DNA from: Kofleriaceae bacterium
GTDB lineage: Bacteria > Myxococcota_A > Polyangia > Haliangiales > Haliangiaceae
DNA: 64,000 nucleotides
NCBI GenBank assembly: GCA_018062915.1
Contig: JAGORH010000017.1
Span: 108-64,107 of the forward strand
Reading direction: 5' to 3'
Shown here: piece by piece, positions 51,978 to 63,043 of the stretch
How positions within the stretch are numbered: the first letter of the stretch is position 1
Layout of the letters: every line of letters begins with the position of its first letter
The notes under the pieces: model-generated
Databases searched by the model: none
Told to the model about the DNA's origin: nothing
What the model saw: the letters and a program-made list of their open reading frames with translations, nothing else
Position numbers and translations under genes: made by a program

Positions 51978-53654
51978 TTGCGCATCGCTCTCGCTCCGTC
52001 CCGCGCCGGCATCGCCGGCGTCACCCTTACGTTGGCCCTGGCTGCCTGCGCCGTCGACGACCCGGCGCCGCCCGCGCCCCCAGCGCCGAGCTCGTCCCCG
52101 GCAGGCCTCGAGGGCGCGACCCTGCGCTACTGCCTGGCCCCTGAGCTGGGCGAGGCCACGCCGATCGTCGCCACGCTCATGGCCGCGGTGGCCGCCGCGG
52201 GCGACGGCGCCATCGAGCTGGTCCACGTGCCGGCCGCCGACGCCGCGTGTCGCTTCGATCATCCCGACGTCGATCTCGCGGTCGCGGCCTGGGGCCCCGA
52301 CGGCGGCTGCACCACGACCACCGATGAGCTGGCCTGCGCGGTGCGCACGCTCCTGGTCGATCTCGAGGACCTGGGCGCGGCCACCGCCGACCAGGCCGAT
52401 CTCGACGTCGCCGAGGATGTGCGCGCGCAGCTCGACTGGATGCTCGACCTCGGCCTGGGCACCGCGGGCGCGCCGCCGATCGCTGGCGGGCCCCCGGTCG
52501 AGCCGGCCGCCACCGGTTGCAGCAACCTGTCGATCGGGCCGATCACCCCGGCCAACCCGACCAGCTTCCAGTCGATCTCGCTGTCGGCCAGCTACCAGGT
52601 CGACGTCTTCAACTGCTCCCTGCCGACCTTCGCCTGGTCGTCGAGCGTGGCCGGTTACCTGGGCGGCGCGCCGACCGTCACCACCCAGCTCTCGCCGGGC
52701 GTCCATGTGCTGACGTTCTCGGTGACGGTCACCTGCATCGACCCGTCCGATCCGACCCAGACCCCGGCGCAGTACTACTGCGAGACCGAGCAGCCCCTCG
52801 AGGTCGCGCCCGGCACCCTGGCGCCCGGCGACTACTGCGATCGTTCGGCCGAGTGGTGGATGGCCGCGCACTACGCCGGCACCGCCCACATCCAGGACGA
52901 GAGCGCGACCGCGGTCGTGACCTTGTCGGGCACCAACCTGCCGGACCTCCTGATCGGCAACGGCCAGGCCAACAAGATCAATGGCCGGCGCAGCGGCGAC
53001 TGCCTCATGGGCGGCGGCGAGACCGACGTGATCGAGGGCCACGCCGGGCTCGACACGCTCCTCGGCGGCGACGGTCCGGATCGCCTGCTCGGCCACGACG
53101 ATCGCGATGTCATCCGCGGCGGCGCCCACGCCGATCGGGTGCGGGGCGGCAGCGGCGGCGATCTGATCTACGGCGACGACGGCGACGATCACCTCGACGG
53201 CAACTACGACAACGATACGCTGTACGGCGGGGCCGACGACGATCGCCTGCTCGGCGGCTGGCACGACGACCTGGTCTACGGCGGCGACGGCGACGACTGC
53301 GCGCGCGGCGACAGCGGCGCCGATCGCCTGTTCGGTGACGCCGGCTACGATCAGCTCCTCGGCGAGCTCGGCGCCGACGACCTCGATGGGGGCGTCGACG
53401 ACGATCACCTCGACGGTGGGTGGGGCGACGATCTGGTGCGCGGCGGCGATGGCGACGACCGTCTCCTGGGCGACGCCGGCGCCGACGATCTGTACGGCGA
53501 CGATGGCGACGATCGGCTGTGCGGCGGTACCGGCGTCGACGACAAGTACGGTGGACCCGAGGTCAGCGCCGACACCTGCCAGATCGGCGGCGCGAACACC
53601 GGCTGCGAACAGATCTCCGTGATCTGCCCGATCCAGACGGTGCCGCCGTGCTGA
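51978..53654 (+). CDS. lipoprotein with C-terminal RTX-type (hemolysin-type GGxGxD) calcium-binding repeats
   Basis: TTG start with GAGGAGGA RBS. Signal 'LRIALAPSRAGIAGVTLTLALAAC'. About 12 nonapeptide GGDGDDxLxG-type repeats (GGDGPDRLLGHDDRDVIRGGAHADRVRGGSGGDLIYGDDGDD...). Reverse ORF 51690..54419 rejected. Confidence 0.75.
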   Translation: MRIALAPSRAGIAGVTLTLALAACAVDDPAPPAPPAPSSSPAGLEGATLRYCLAPELGEATPIVATLMAAVAAAGDGAIELVHVPAADAACRFDHPDVDLAVAAWGPDGGCTTTTDELACAVRTLLVDLEDLGAATADQADLDVAEDVRAQLDWMLDLGLGTAGAPPIAGGPPVEPAATGCSNLSIGPITPANPTSFQSISLSASYQVDVFNCSLPTFAWSSSVAGYLGGAPTVTTQLSPGVHVLTFSVTVTCIDPSDPTQTPAQYYCETEQPLEVAPGTLAPGDYCDRSAEWWMAAHYAGTAHIQDESATAVVTLSGTNLPDLLIGNGQANKINGRRSGDCLMGGGETDVIEGHAGLDTLLGGDGPDRLLGHDDRDVIRGGAHADRVRGGSGGDLIYGDDGDDHLDGNYDNDTLYGGADDDRLLGGWHDDLVYGGDGDDCARGDSGADRLFGDAGYDQLLGELGADDLDGGVDDDHLDGGWGDDLVRGGDGDDRLLGDAGADDLYGDDGDDRLCGGTGVDDKYGGPEVSADTCQIGGANTGCEQISVICPIQTVPPC

Positions 53655-53713
53655 CGGCGCTGGCGCTGACGGTCGGGCGCTGACGGTCGGGCGCTGACGC
53701 GATCCGGACCACC

Positions 53714-54598
53714 TCAGCGGAACAGCGACGCCAGGAGGCCCATGACGACGTCGGCCGAGCTCGAGCGGTGGGCGCCGCCGTTGGCCTGCGACGAGACCCG
53801 AGCGTCGACGATCGCGGCGAACTGTGCGCTCTGCAGCTCGCGCTTGGCCTGGTCGCGCAGGCGATCGATCTCTTGCCGCTCGGCTTGCTCGAGGCCGCCG
53901 CGCTGCACGAACTCGATGATCCGCGGCAGCTCGCCGGCGTCGAAGAACGTGCCGTGGGTCCGGCACACGTCGACGATCGTGCGCGCGCCGAGGGCGAACT
54001 GCTTGCGGTTCATGACCGCTTTGCAGGTCGGGCACTTCACGTACATCCGCTTGGGATCGACGGCGGCCGGCGCGTCGGGCCGGGTCAGGGCGCCGAGCAG
54101 CGCGTCGGCGCGGGCCTGGCGGCGATCGGTGACCACGCGCTCGACCGCGGTGCGATCGAGGAACACGCCGGCGCAACCGCGGCACTCGTCGATCACGATG
54201 TCGCCGACCAGCCGGGCGTGGAGCGGCTGATCGCAGCGTGGGCACGGGGCGTCGGCGCGGGCGTCGCCGTGGGCGGCGTGCTCGATCGAGGAGCCACACT
54301 CGGGGCAGTGCTTGTGGCCGTGAAAGACCCGCGACAAGCAGCGCGGACAGGCCTTGAGCAAGAGCTCGGCCCGGCAGAAGTCGCAGTGCTGGTGATGTGG
54401 CGCGACGCCGGCACCGCACCGCGGGCAGGCCAGGAGCCCGGCCTGGGCGCTAGGCGCGGCCAGCTCGGTGACCGTGCCGCAGCGGCAGCGAAAGCGCTGG
54501 CCGGTCGCGTACCCGGTGACGTCATAGCGGCTGTCGCAGCTCGGGCACGCGAGGATCATGCGCCCGCCTACGATGGGGCCGGACCGCGGTGCTCGCAA
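53714..54598 (-). CDS. multi-zinc-ribbon protein (zf-TFIIB-like C-terminal module)
   Basis: Repeated CPxC...CxxC pairs (CPSCD...CRC, CPRCG...CDFC, CPRC...CPEC, CPRCD...CRGC, CPTCK...C). C-terminal 'MYVKCPTCKAVMNRKQFALGARTIVDVCRTHGTFFDAGEL' resembles the Zn-ribbon DUF/zf-TFIIB family. Start may be the internal Met at 54559. Confidence 0.6.
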   Translation of the reverse strand: MRAPRSGPIVGGRMILACPSCDSRYDVTGYATGQRFRCRCGTVTELAAPSAQAGLLACPRCGAGVAPHHQHCDFCRAELLLKACPRCLSRVFHGHKHCPECGSSIEHAAHGDARADAPCPRCDQPLHARLVGDIVIDECRGCAGVFLDRTAVERVVTDRRQARADALLGALTRPDAPAAVDPKRMYVKCPTCKAVMNRKQFALGARTIVDVCRTHGTFFDAGELPRIIEFVQRGGLEQAERQEIDRLRDQAKRELQSAQFAAIVDARVSSQANGGAHRSSSADVVMGLLASLFR

Positions 54599-54807
54599 CG
54601 CGAATCGGTCGCTGCGTCGCGGTCGACGCGGGTGCTACCACCGCGATGCGCAGTCCCGTCGAAAGTCTGGCAGGTGATGTAGAGATTGGTTCGCAGGTCC
54701 GGCGGATGAACAGTCGGGGGATGATGTAGGTCCAAGGCGAATAGCACTGTTAGACGATAGGTCCGGCCATTGGGTCACCGGGCATCTGGCTTGCAATTCC
54801 GACCAGC

Positions 54808-55719
54808 GTGCGACTCACCGCACCCCTCCTGGCTGGCCTGGTCACCGCGTCGACCGCGCACGCCGACGACGCCGCGCCGCTCCGGCGCCGCGACGCCACC
54901 GTCGCCGAGATCTTCGCCGGGCCGTTCCGCTCGCCGCGGCTGTTCGCGATGCCGGTGGCCGACGTCGTCGGCGCGTTCCAGCTCAGCCTGTCGGGCGACG
55001 GCAGTCTGTTGCAGGAGCCCGGGCTCCTGACCTCGGCCGGAGTGGCGGCGATCGGCTTCGGCGACGTCGCGCAGATCGAGTATCGCCACACCACCGCGAT
55101 CGGCATCGGTCGCCTGACCGCGCCGGTGCCGGCGGTCGGCGTGCAGCTCCAGGCGCCGCTGCCGCGGACGTGGCCGGCCCTGGCGATCGCGTTTCGCCTC
55201 GGCGTCCCGCGCCGCGAGGCGATCGGCGACGCGCCGGTCGACGAGACCGTCACCGATCTCTACCTGGTCACCCGGGTCACCCTGCCGCGCCGCCTGGCTG
55301 GGATCACGCTCCACGGCGGCGCCCGGGTGTCGTCGGCGCGGATCGCGCGTCCAGACCTGGGCGAAGACGGCGCGGCCCAGCGGACGATGATCTTGCCGAC
55401 CGTCGGCGTCGACGTGCCGGCCGGGACCAGCGCCCGCGCGATCGCCGAGGTCGGCCTGGCGCCGCAGTTCCGCTTCGATCCGGCGATCGAGCCGCGGCCG
55501 CGGGTCGACTACGGCCTCCTCGGGCGCGCCGGCGTGCGCTGGGCGATCACGCCCGCGGTGGTCCTCGACGCCAGCGTCGGCTATCAGCTCGAGGTCGCGC
55601 GCATGAGGCCCGCCGAGGGGCCGGGGTCGCTGGTGCAGTGGGATATCCGCCTCGGCGGCGAGGTCTTCGTGCCGTGGGGCGCGCTGGTGTGTCGCGCGAC
55701 CGGAGGCTTCTGTGAGTGA
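54808..55719 (+). CDS. secreted beta-barrel-like protein, paralog family member 1
   Basis: GTG start. Signal peptide MRLTAPLLAGLVTASTAHA. Amphipathic beta-strand pattern. Shares motifs with the two downstream genes. Confidence 0.55.
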   Translation: MRLTAPLLAGLVTASTAHADDAAPLRRRDATVAEIFAGPFRSPRLFAMPVADVVGAFQLSLSGDGSLLQEPGLLTSAGVAAIGFGDVAQIEYRHTTAIGIGRLTAPVPAVGVQLQAPLPRTWPALAIAFRLGVPRREAIGDAPVDETVTDLYLVTRVTLPRRLAGITLHGGARVSSARIARPDLGEDGAAQRTMILPTVGVDVPAGTSARAIAEVGLAPQFRFDPAIEPRPRVDYGLLGRAGVRWAITPAVVLDASVGYQLEVARMRPAEGPGSLVQWDIRLGGEVFVPWGALVCRATGGFCE

Positions 55720-55770
55720 GCCCAGCTCGTCTGACCGCGCCCGCGGGGCGCGACAACCTGGAGGTTCGAC

Positions 55771-56826
55771 GTGACTGTCATCCGCATCCTCGTCCCCCTG
55801 GTCGGCGCCCTGGCGCTGACCGGCGGCCCCGCGTCGGCCCAGCCGCTGCCGGTGCCGATCCCGCTGCCCCCGCCCACGCCGCCGCCCGACGGCACGCCGC
55901 CCGACGGCACGCCGCCCGACGGCACGCCGCCCGAGGGTACGCCGCCCGACGGCACCGCGCCCGACGGTACCGGCCAGCCGCCCACGCCGCAGCCGCCGCC
56001 CCCGGGGAACCCCGAGGTCATCGCGGCGCTCCCCACCGACGAGGCGCCGCCATCGCCACCGTCGCCGCCGCTGCCGCTCCCGGAGCTCTTGCTCGCACCC
56101 ACCGGGTACCTGTTGCCGGCTGGCGTCATCTACTCGCGCTCGGGGGTCGACACCTCGGGCGGGCTCTCGGGCGACCTGCGGTTCGGGCTCGGTCAGGTCG
56201 CGGAGTTCGGCGTGGCGATGACCGATCTGATCCGCGCTCGCGAGGCCTTCGGCGCGACGCCCGAGCGGCTGGCGCCGTTCTACACCGCGACCTTCCGCAT
56301 GGGCCTCGCGGAGGACCGCCTGTTCGCGCACCAGCCGGCCTTGACGCTCGGCTTCCGCAAGTCCTTCGAGCATGAGGACGCCGGTCGGCGCGCTCGGATC
56401 GCCGAGCTGCACCTGGCGGCGTCGAAGCGCCTGGGGGCGCGGGCCAGCGTCCACGTGAACGGCACCTTCTGGGACGCCTCGGTCGAGGACGTCGACGGCA
56501 CCGTGGTCGCGCTCCACGATCAAGGTCTGGGCAAGCAGCTCCGGGTCGGCGGCGGGGTCGCGATCCGCGCGGTCGACGACGCCGACATCGCCATCGACCT
56601 GGCCTGGGTGCCGGAGTTCTGCTTCACCTGCCTGGCGGAGAACCGGACCCGGCTGCGGCCGGTGCTGTCGTGGGGCGTGCGTTACGACCTCGCGCGCTGG
56701 GCCATGCTGCAGTCCGGCGTCCGGGTTCCGGACATCGGGGACGCCAACCTCCTCGACGCGCAGATCTTCGGGCAGCTCACCCTGGTCAACCGGACCCTCG
56801 AGCGGGTGATCGCCCGCAAGCGCTAG
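55771..56826 (+). CDS. secreted protein with (PPDGT)n Pro-rich linker and beta-barrel-like C-terminal domain, paralog 2
   Basis: Signal MTVIRILVPLVGALALTGGPASA. PPDGTPPDGTPPDGTPPEGTPPDGTAPDGT repeats. C-terminal domain similar to its neighbours (LAWVPEF..., WGVRYDLA). Confidence 0.6.
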   Translation: MTVIRILVPLVGALALTGGPASAQPLPVPIPLPPPTPPPDGTPPDGTPPDGTPPEGTPPDGTAPDGTGQPPTPQPPPPGNPEVIAALPTDEAPPSPPSPPLPLPELLLAPTGYLLPAGVIYSRSGVDTSGGLSGDLRFGLGQVAEFGVAMTDLIRAREAFGATPERLAPFYTATFRMGLAEDRLFAHQPALTLGFRKSFEHEDAGRRARIAELHLAASKRLGARASVHVNGTFWDASVEDVDGTVVALHDQGLGKQLRVGGGVAIRAVDDADIAIDLAWVPEFCFTCLAENRTRLRPVLSWGVRYDLARWAMLQSGVRVPDIGDANLLDAQIFGQLTLVNRTLERVIARKR

Positions 56827-56829
56827 CCG

Positions 56830-57624
56830 ATGGTCGCCTCGGTCCCCGCCCGCACGTCGACGCTCGGCCTGGCGCTGGTCGCGCTCGCGGTCGTCGCCGG
56901 TCCGGCCCACGCCGAGGCGCCGTGGATCGCGCCGACGGTGATCACGGTGCCGACCGCGTGGACCCAGCCGGGCACCGCGGTCTACGCCAGCCTGGGCGGC
57001 GATCATCGCTTCGGGACGAGCGCCCGCGCCACGGTCGGCTACGCCCGCTTGGTCGAGGTCGACGTCGGCGGCGACGGCCTGCTCACGAGCTGCGCGCCCT
57101 GTGACGGCCCGGCCCGCGCCGCGACGCCAGCCCAGCTCGCGACCGCGGGCTGGAAGCTGGCGGTGCGACCGACCGCGCGGCTGGCGCTGGCCGGTGGGCT
57201 GCGGGTGCCGTTGCCCGGCGGCGACGGTCGGCGCGCGGCCCAAGGCTTCGCGATCGGCTCGCTGCGCCTGGGTCCGGTGGCGCTCCACGCCGGGGCCTCG
57301 ACCTGGGCCAGCCGCCACCGCGGCGACGACGGCGCCGAGATCGCGCTGGCGCCGACGACCAGCGTCCGGCCGCTGGTCGGCCTCGAGTGGACGCCGCGGA
57401 TCTATCCCCGCACGACGCTGGGCGCCGATCTGCAGTGGCTGCCCGAGCTCGGCCCGACCGCCGCGACCACCGCCGCGCGCTGGTCCTTCGCGTGGGGCGT
57501 GCGCTACCGCGCGCTGCCGTACAGCGCGATCGAACTAGCGGTCCGCCATCGCGAAGGCGACGCCCTGGGGGACGCGACCGTGATGGTCCGCCTGTCGGCG
57601 GTCCTGTCGGCGCGACCGCGGTGA
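56830..57624 (+). CDS. secreted beta-barrel-like protein, paralog 3
   Basis: Signal MVASVPARTSTLGLALVALAVVAGPAHA. Conserved LEWTP/LQWLPEL and WGVRYRALPY motifs shared with 55771..56826. Reverse ORFs 54775..57318 and 57083..57925 rejected. Confidence 0.55.
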   Translation: MVASVPARTSTLGLALVALAVVAGPAHAEAPWIAPTVITVPTAWTQPGTAVYASLGGDHRFGTSARATVGYARLVEVDVGGDGLLTSCAPCDGPARAATPAQLATAGWKLAVRPTARLALAGGLRVPLPGGDGRRAAQGFAIGSLRLGPVALHAGASTWASRHRGDDGAEIALAPTTSVRPLVGLEWTPRIYPRTTLGADLQWLPELGPTAATTAARWSFAWGVRYRALPYSAIELAVRHREGDALGDATVMVRLSAVLSARPR

Positions 57625-57768
57625 GGCCTCTGCCTCGGCCTCGGTCTCGGTCTCGGCCTCGGTCTCGGTCTCGGCCTCCGTCTCGGTCTCGGTCTCGGTC
57701 TCGGTCTCTGCCTCGGTTTCGGTCTCGGCCTCCGCCTCGGCCTCCGCCTCGGCCTCGGCCTCCGTCCC
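57625..57768. repeat. (GAGRCS)n hexamer tandem repeat, copy 6 of 6 (CTCGGY orientation)
   Basis: Starts at the TGA stop of 56830..57624: ggcctctgcctcggcctcggtctcggtctcgg... ~24 units, ending ~45 nt before the 57815 ATG. Confidence 0.9.
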
Positions 57769-57814
57769 ACACGACCGCGTTGTCTCGCTCACGGCGCGGG
57801 CGTACCGTCGGGCC

Positions 57815-58591
57815 ATGGAGCGCTGGCAGCAGGACTTCGACTTCTACCTGGCCCAGCTCGAGGATCAGCCGGCGTCGTTCGTGTTCGACCTCAACGCCGT
57901 CGCCCACGCGCCGGTCGCCAGCCATCCGCTGGCGGTGCGCATCACCGTGCCCATGCTACGGCCGCGGCCCGACGGGCTGCGCGACGCCAGCGAGCTCGAC
58001 GATCTGGCCGCCCTCGAGGATCAGTTCGTCGACGCGCTCGAGGCCAAGGTCGACGCGATCTACGTCGGCCGGGTCGTCCACGCCGGCGCGACGACGCTGT
58101 ACCTGTACGTCCCCGAGAGCCATCGGGCCGCGGTCGAGGAGCTGCCGGCCCTGACCGGCGATCCGCCGGGCGACTACGCGCCGACCTGGACCCTCGACCA
58201 CGATCCGACCTGGCGCCTACACGCGTTCCTCGAGCCCGATCCCTACGCGCGCCAGGGCATCTGGAACCGCCGGCTGGTCATGGTGTTCGCCGAGCACGGC
58301 GATCTCGGGATCGAGCCGCGCGAGATCGATCACCTGGCGTACTTCCCGACCGAGGCCGCGGCCGAGGCGGCCCGGGTCGCGCTGACCGCGCTCGGCTTCC
58401 GCTGCGACGATCTCACGGGCGATGACACCGACGACGGTGGCCTGTGGACGGTCGAGTTCCACCGCGAGGACGTCCTGTCCGGCGACCGCCCTGACGCCTT
58501 CGTGTCGCAGATCCTCGACGTGATCTTGCCGCTCGACGGCACCTACGATGGCTGGGGCGCCGAGCAGCGGCCGACGGCGGGGATCGGCTGA
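57815..58591 (+). CDS. DUF695 + RraB-like (regulator of RNase activity B family) two-domain protein
   Basis: N-terminal 'FVFDLNAV...VRITVPM...DALEAKVDAIYVGRVVHAGATTLYLYV' matches DUF695 topology. C-terminal 'HLAYFPTEAAAEAARVALTALGFRCDDLTGDDTDDGGLWTVEFHRED' resembles the RraB/DUF1260 fold. Confidence 0.5.
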   Translation: MERWQQDFDFYLAQLEDQPASFVFDLNAVAHAPVASHPLAVRITVPMLRPRPDGLRDASELDDLAALEDQFVDALEAKVDAIYVGRVVHAGATTLYLYVPESHRAAVEELPALTGDPPGDYAPTWTLDHDPTWRLHAFLEPDPYARQGIWNRRLVMVFAEHGDLGIEPREIDHLAYFPTEAAAEAARVALTALGFRCDDLTGDDTDDGGLWTVEFHREDVLSGDRPDAFVSQILDVILPLDGTYDGWGAEQRPTAGIG

Positions 58592-58818
58592 TGCCGCCGC
58601 CGTCGGGCTTCCGCTGGCAGCGCCGCGGCGACGAGGTGGTGATCTTTCACCGCGGGCGCCCGGTCACGACCCTGCGCGGCGAGGCCGTCGCGGCGTTCCT
58701 GGCCGAGGTCGAGGGCGCCACCGACGACGACGCCCAGGAGCGGATGGCCCGGGTCACCGGCAACTACCGGCGCGGCAACGAGCGCACCGCCAAGCGCCAC
58801 CCGCGCAACGCCGACTGA
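58591..58818 (+). CDS. small hypothetical protein (75 aa), translationally coupled to upstream gene
   Basis: ATG overlaps the upstream TGA (CTGATG). No recognisable motif. Confidence 0.4.
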   Translation: MPPPSGFRWQRRGDEVVIFHRGRPVTTLRGEAVAAFLAEVEGATDDDAQERMARVTGNYRRGNERTAKRHPRNAD

Positions 58819-58853
58819 CTGCCCCCGGCGCTGCTGGCTCCGGCGCCGCTGGC

Positions 58854-60242
<1,389 letters not shown>

Positions 60243-60316
60243 GGCTGCCGAGAGTATCCAAGCGCGCGCCGCTGGCAACCGGGTTGACCGGCAATCGCCC
60301 GCCGGTGCCGACGGGG

Positions 60317-60670
60317 TCACTCGTCGTGGCCGCGGCGGACACCCAGGGCGACCAGGAGCCACACGAAGCCCAGGATCGTGGCCCCCATGCCGATCGGCGT
60401 GATCGCCTCGCCCAGCCCCCACAGCAGGTGGTCGACGTTGAGCGGCTCTTCGGGCCCGCGCCGCCGCACGACGTTGTAGAAGACCGAGGTCAGGTTGGTC
60501 GCCGTCCCGCCCACCGCGAACAGCACGTAGCCCAGGCTCATCGCGCGGATGAACGCCAGGCGCTTGGGCGTGGCCTGGCGGACGAACCGGGCCGCGGCGA
60601 CGATCATGATCACGCCGAGGACCAGTAGGATCCACGTGGTGTAGCCGCCGGCGCGCAGGTAGTGGGGCAT
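60317..60670 (-). CDS. small membrane protein (3-4 TM), hypothetical
   Basis: Start at internal Met ([26 protein letters not shown]) with AGGAGCC RBS. Hydrophobic helices throughout. Confidence 0.55.
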   Translation of the reverse strand: MPHYLRAGGYTTWILLVLGVIMIVAAARFVRQATPKRLAFIRAMSLGYVLFAVGGTATNLTSVFYNVVRRRGPEEPLNVDHLLWGLGEAITPIGMGATILGFVWLLVALGVRRGHDE

Positions 60671-60765
60671 GGGTGGCTCCTGGTTGCGAAGGTACAACGC
60701 CCGGGCCGTGCGATCGTGACGGACGATCGCTTGTCACGCCGACCGGCCTGGGGCGTTATGACGGG

Positions 60766-61332
60766 GTGGACGCGGCGCTCGAGCGCGATCTGGTCGTCCG
60801 GCTGCGACGCGGCGAGCCGGGCGCGTTCGACGCAGTCTACGAGCACATGCGGGCTCGCCTGTGGAGCTTCCTGGCGCGCATGACCGGCCGACGCGATCAG
60901 GCCGACGATCTCTCGCAGGAGGTGTGGCTGCGCCTCGCGCGGACCGCGCCCCGCCTCGCCGACGACACCCGCCTAGCGGCCTGGCTGTTCACGGTCGCCC
61001 GCAACCTGTACGTGTCGCAGTGGCGCAGCGCCCGGGTCGCCCAGCAGCTCGTCGGCGAGCTGTTGCCGCCGGATCCGATCGCCGCCGGCCCCTTCGAGGC
61101 CGCCGCCTCCACCCAGACCGCCGCACGGGTCGAGCGCGCCGTCGCCGCGCTGCCGCCGACCTACCGCGAGGTCCTGCTCCTGTGCGGCGTCGAGGGCCTG
61201 GCGCCGCGCGAGGCCGCCGTCATCCTCGGCACCAGCCCTGAGGCCACGCGCCAGCGGCTGTCGCGCGCCCGGGCGCTGATCGAGCAAGCCTTGGCCGAGC
61301 CCCTCGGGTATCCTGACGGAGAGTCGCCATGA
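60766..61332 (+). CDS. ECF (extracytoplasmic-function) sigma-70 family RNA polymerase sigma factor
   Basis: Region 2 'DDLSQEVWLRLARTAPR...AWLFTVARNLYVSQWR'. Region 4 'LPPTYREVLLLCGVEGLAPREAAVILGTSPEATRQRLSRARALI'. GTG start assumed at 60766; the 5' end of ORF 60673 is uncertain. Confidence 0.85.
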   Translation: MDAALERDLVVRLRRGEPGAFDAVYEHMRARLWSFLARMTGRRDQADDLSQEVWLRLARTAPRLADDTRLAAWLFTVARNLYVSQWRSARVAQQLVGELLPPDPIAAGPFEAAASTQTAARVERAVAALPPTYREVLLLCGVEGLAPREAAVILGTSPEATRQRLSRARALIEQALAEPLGYPDGESP

Positions 61333-61553
61333 CCGACGACCATCACCCGATCGACGAGCTGCTGCGCGCCCAGGTGCGCGCCTACGAGCCGGCGCCTGCG
61401 GTGGCCGCTGCCACCCGGGACCTGGCCCTGCGCGAGCTGCACCACGCCCGTCGCCGCAGCGGCTGGCGCTACCGGCTCGAGGCTGGCGCGATGCTCGCGG
61501 CCGCGGCCGGCCAGCTCATCTGGGTCTTCGGCACGCTGTTCGGCAACCGCTGA
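61329..61553 (+). CDS. putative anti-sigma factor (small, single C-terminal TM), coupled to ECF sigma gene
   Basis: ATGA overlap with the sigma gene stop. 74 aa with C-terminal hydrophobic helix AMLAAAAGQLIWVFGTLF. Position and size are typical of ECF anti-sigma. Confidence 0.5.
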   Translation: MTDDHHPIDELLRAQVRAYEPAPAVAAATRDLALRELHHARRRSGWRYRLEAGAMLAAAAGQLIWVFGTLFGNR

Positions 61554-61918
61554 CAGCCAGCGGACGGGCGGATCCGATCAGGCGCCCAGGCGCGGGCCAT
61601 GTGTCTTGCCGGCGGCGACCGGCCGGCGCGGTGACGAGGCCGGCCTCGCTTCGTCGCCCGTCGCAGCCCCGGTGTCGTTTGTGCCCGCTGGCCGCTGCCG
61701 CCCGGCGCCCAAGGGGGCGTGACGGTCGCGACGGCCGCCGTCGACCGGCACGCACCGCAAGACAGGAAGTGCACAGTCCAATGTAAGGGCATCGCTTGCG
61801 GTCCGGTATTTGGCAGGTTGTCCCGTCTTGAAAGCTTGACAGGCTTGACCTGCCACGGCCTGCCAAGCATTGGCGCCGGGGGCGTTGTCGACGAAAGCAC
61901 TGCGGAGGTAGCGGAACT

Positions 61919-63043
61919 CTAGTAGCGGACGAACGCGCAAACGCCCAGTAGTTCACATTTCGAGCAGTCTGTGAAGTTCCCGCCGCCAACACAAATGTCG
62001 TCGCCGCCCGTGTCGCCCACGCAGCGGATGGTCGTGATACCGCTGTTCAAGGACGGGGTGACGAAGTCCCACACTCCGCCTGTGCTGGGGTCGTTGTCGG
62101 TGTAGGAATGGACCGTGTTTCTCGTTGTGATCGCGGCAATCGCACCCGGTGCGACGGCCGAGCACATGCTTGCCGTCTGGTGCCCGACAGTGGTGCCGCC
62201 GCTGGTCTCGCGCATTGTGACCGTGACCTGGGCGCAGACTCGTCCGCTGGAGACTGAGTATGTCGTCTCGATGTCGACGAGCGGCCCGTGCCCGGCGAAC
62301 TCTCGATCCCCGGCGTCCAACAAGAGATCATGGACGAGAATGTCTCCAATGTTGAGGCATGCTGTGCATGCGGCGCTCTCGTCAACTGCCCCATTGCAGT
62401 TGTCATCGAGCCCATTGCACTCCTCGGCGGGCTCGCGTGCGCCGACGCAGGGGCCCCAGACTCCGCTGGCACACGTTTGGGTTCCTGTGCCACAGGTGCC
62501 ACATGCCCGGGTTGTACTGCTGATGCAGATGCACGGAGATTCGTCAACGTTGCCGTCGCAGTCCTCGTCGAGCACCCCGTCGCAGGTCTCCGCGGTCGGC
62601 ATGGTGGCGCCAATGCATTCGCCCCACTGTCCATTGATGCACGACTGCGAGCCATCCTGTGGGCACATGCCGATTCCGCATAGTCTCATCTCGCTGCTCG
62701 TGCACTCGCATGTCGGGCTTTCGTCGACCACTCCGTCGCAGTCTTCATCGCTCACGCCGTCGCAGATCTCAGATGATGGCATCGTAGCGCCGATGCACGC
62801 TGTCCAAATCCCGTCGGCGCAGATCTGCGTCCCGTCAGCTAAGCAGCCACCAACGCCGCAAGGCTGGACCGCGCCGTCCGCGCACGTCTCAGCCCGTGCG
62901 CAGACGCGGTCGACGCAGCGCTGATCGGGTGGGCAGTCAGTGAACGCATCGCACGGAAGACCTTGCGGGTAGGACGGATCGAAACAGGCCCCGGTCAATC
63001 CAGGCATTGAGAATAAAAGCATTGCAAAGACAATGGCTTTCAT
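61919..63043 (-). CDS. Cys-rich secreted lipoprotein with MopE-like putative metal-binding repeats
   Basis: Signal MKAIVFAMLLFSMPGLTGAC. Four repeats of 'EICDGVSDEDCDGVVDESP'-type motif (C.DG.D.DCDG.VDE). Local GC noticeably lower (~60%). Confidence 0.7.
   Translation of the reverse strand: MKAIVFAMLLFSMPGLTGACFDPSYPQGLPCDAFTDCPPDQRCVDRVCARAETCADGAVQPCGVGGCLADGTQICADGIWTACIGATMPSSEICDGVSDEDCDGVVDESPTCECTSSEMRLCGIGMCPQDGSQSCINGQWGECIGATMPTAETCDGVLDEDCDGNVDESPCICISSTTRACGTCGTGTQTCASGVWGPCVGAREPAEECNGLDDNCNGAVDESAACTACLNIGDILVHDLLLDAGDREFAGHGPLVDIETTYSVSSGRVCAQVTVTMRETSGGTTVGHQTASMCSAVAPGAIAAITTRNTVHSYTDNDPSTGGVWDFVTPSLNSGITTIRCVGDTGGDDICVGGGNFTDCSKCELLGVCAFVRY

Noticed and set aside
60673-60765. 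5' 31 codons of ORF 60673..61332 as part of the ECF sigma factor
   Set aside because: This segment overlaps the start/RBS of the divergent membrane gene and has no sigma similarity. The sigma more likely starts at GTG 60766 or nearby.
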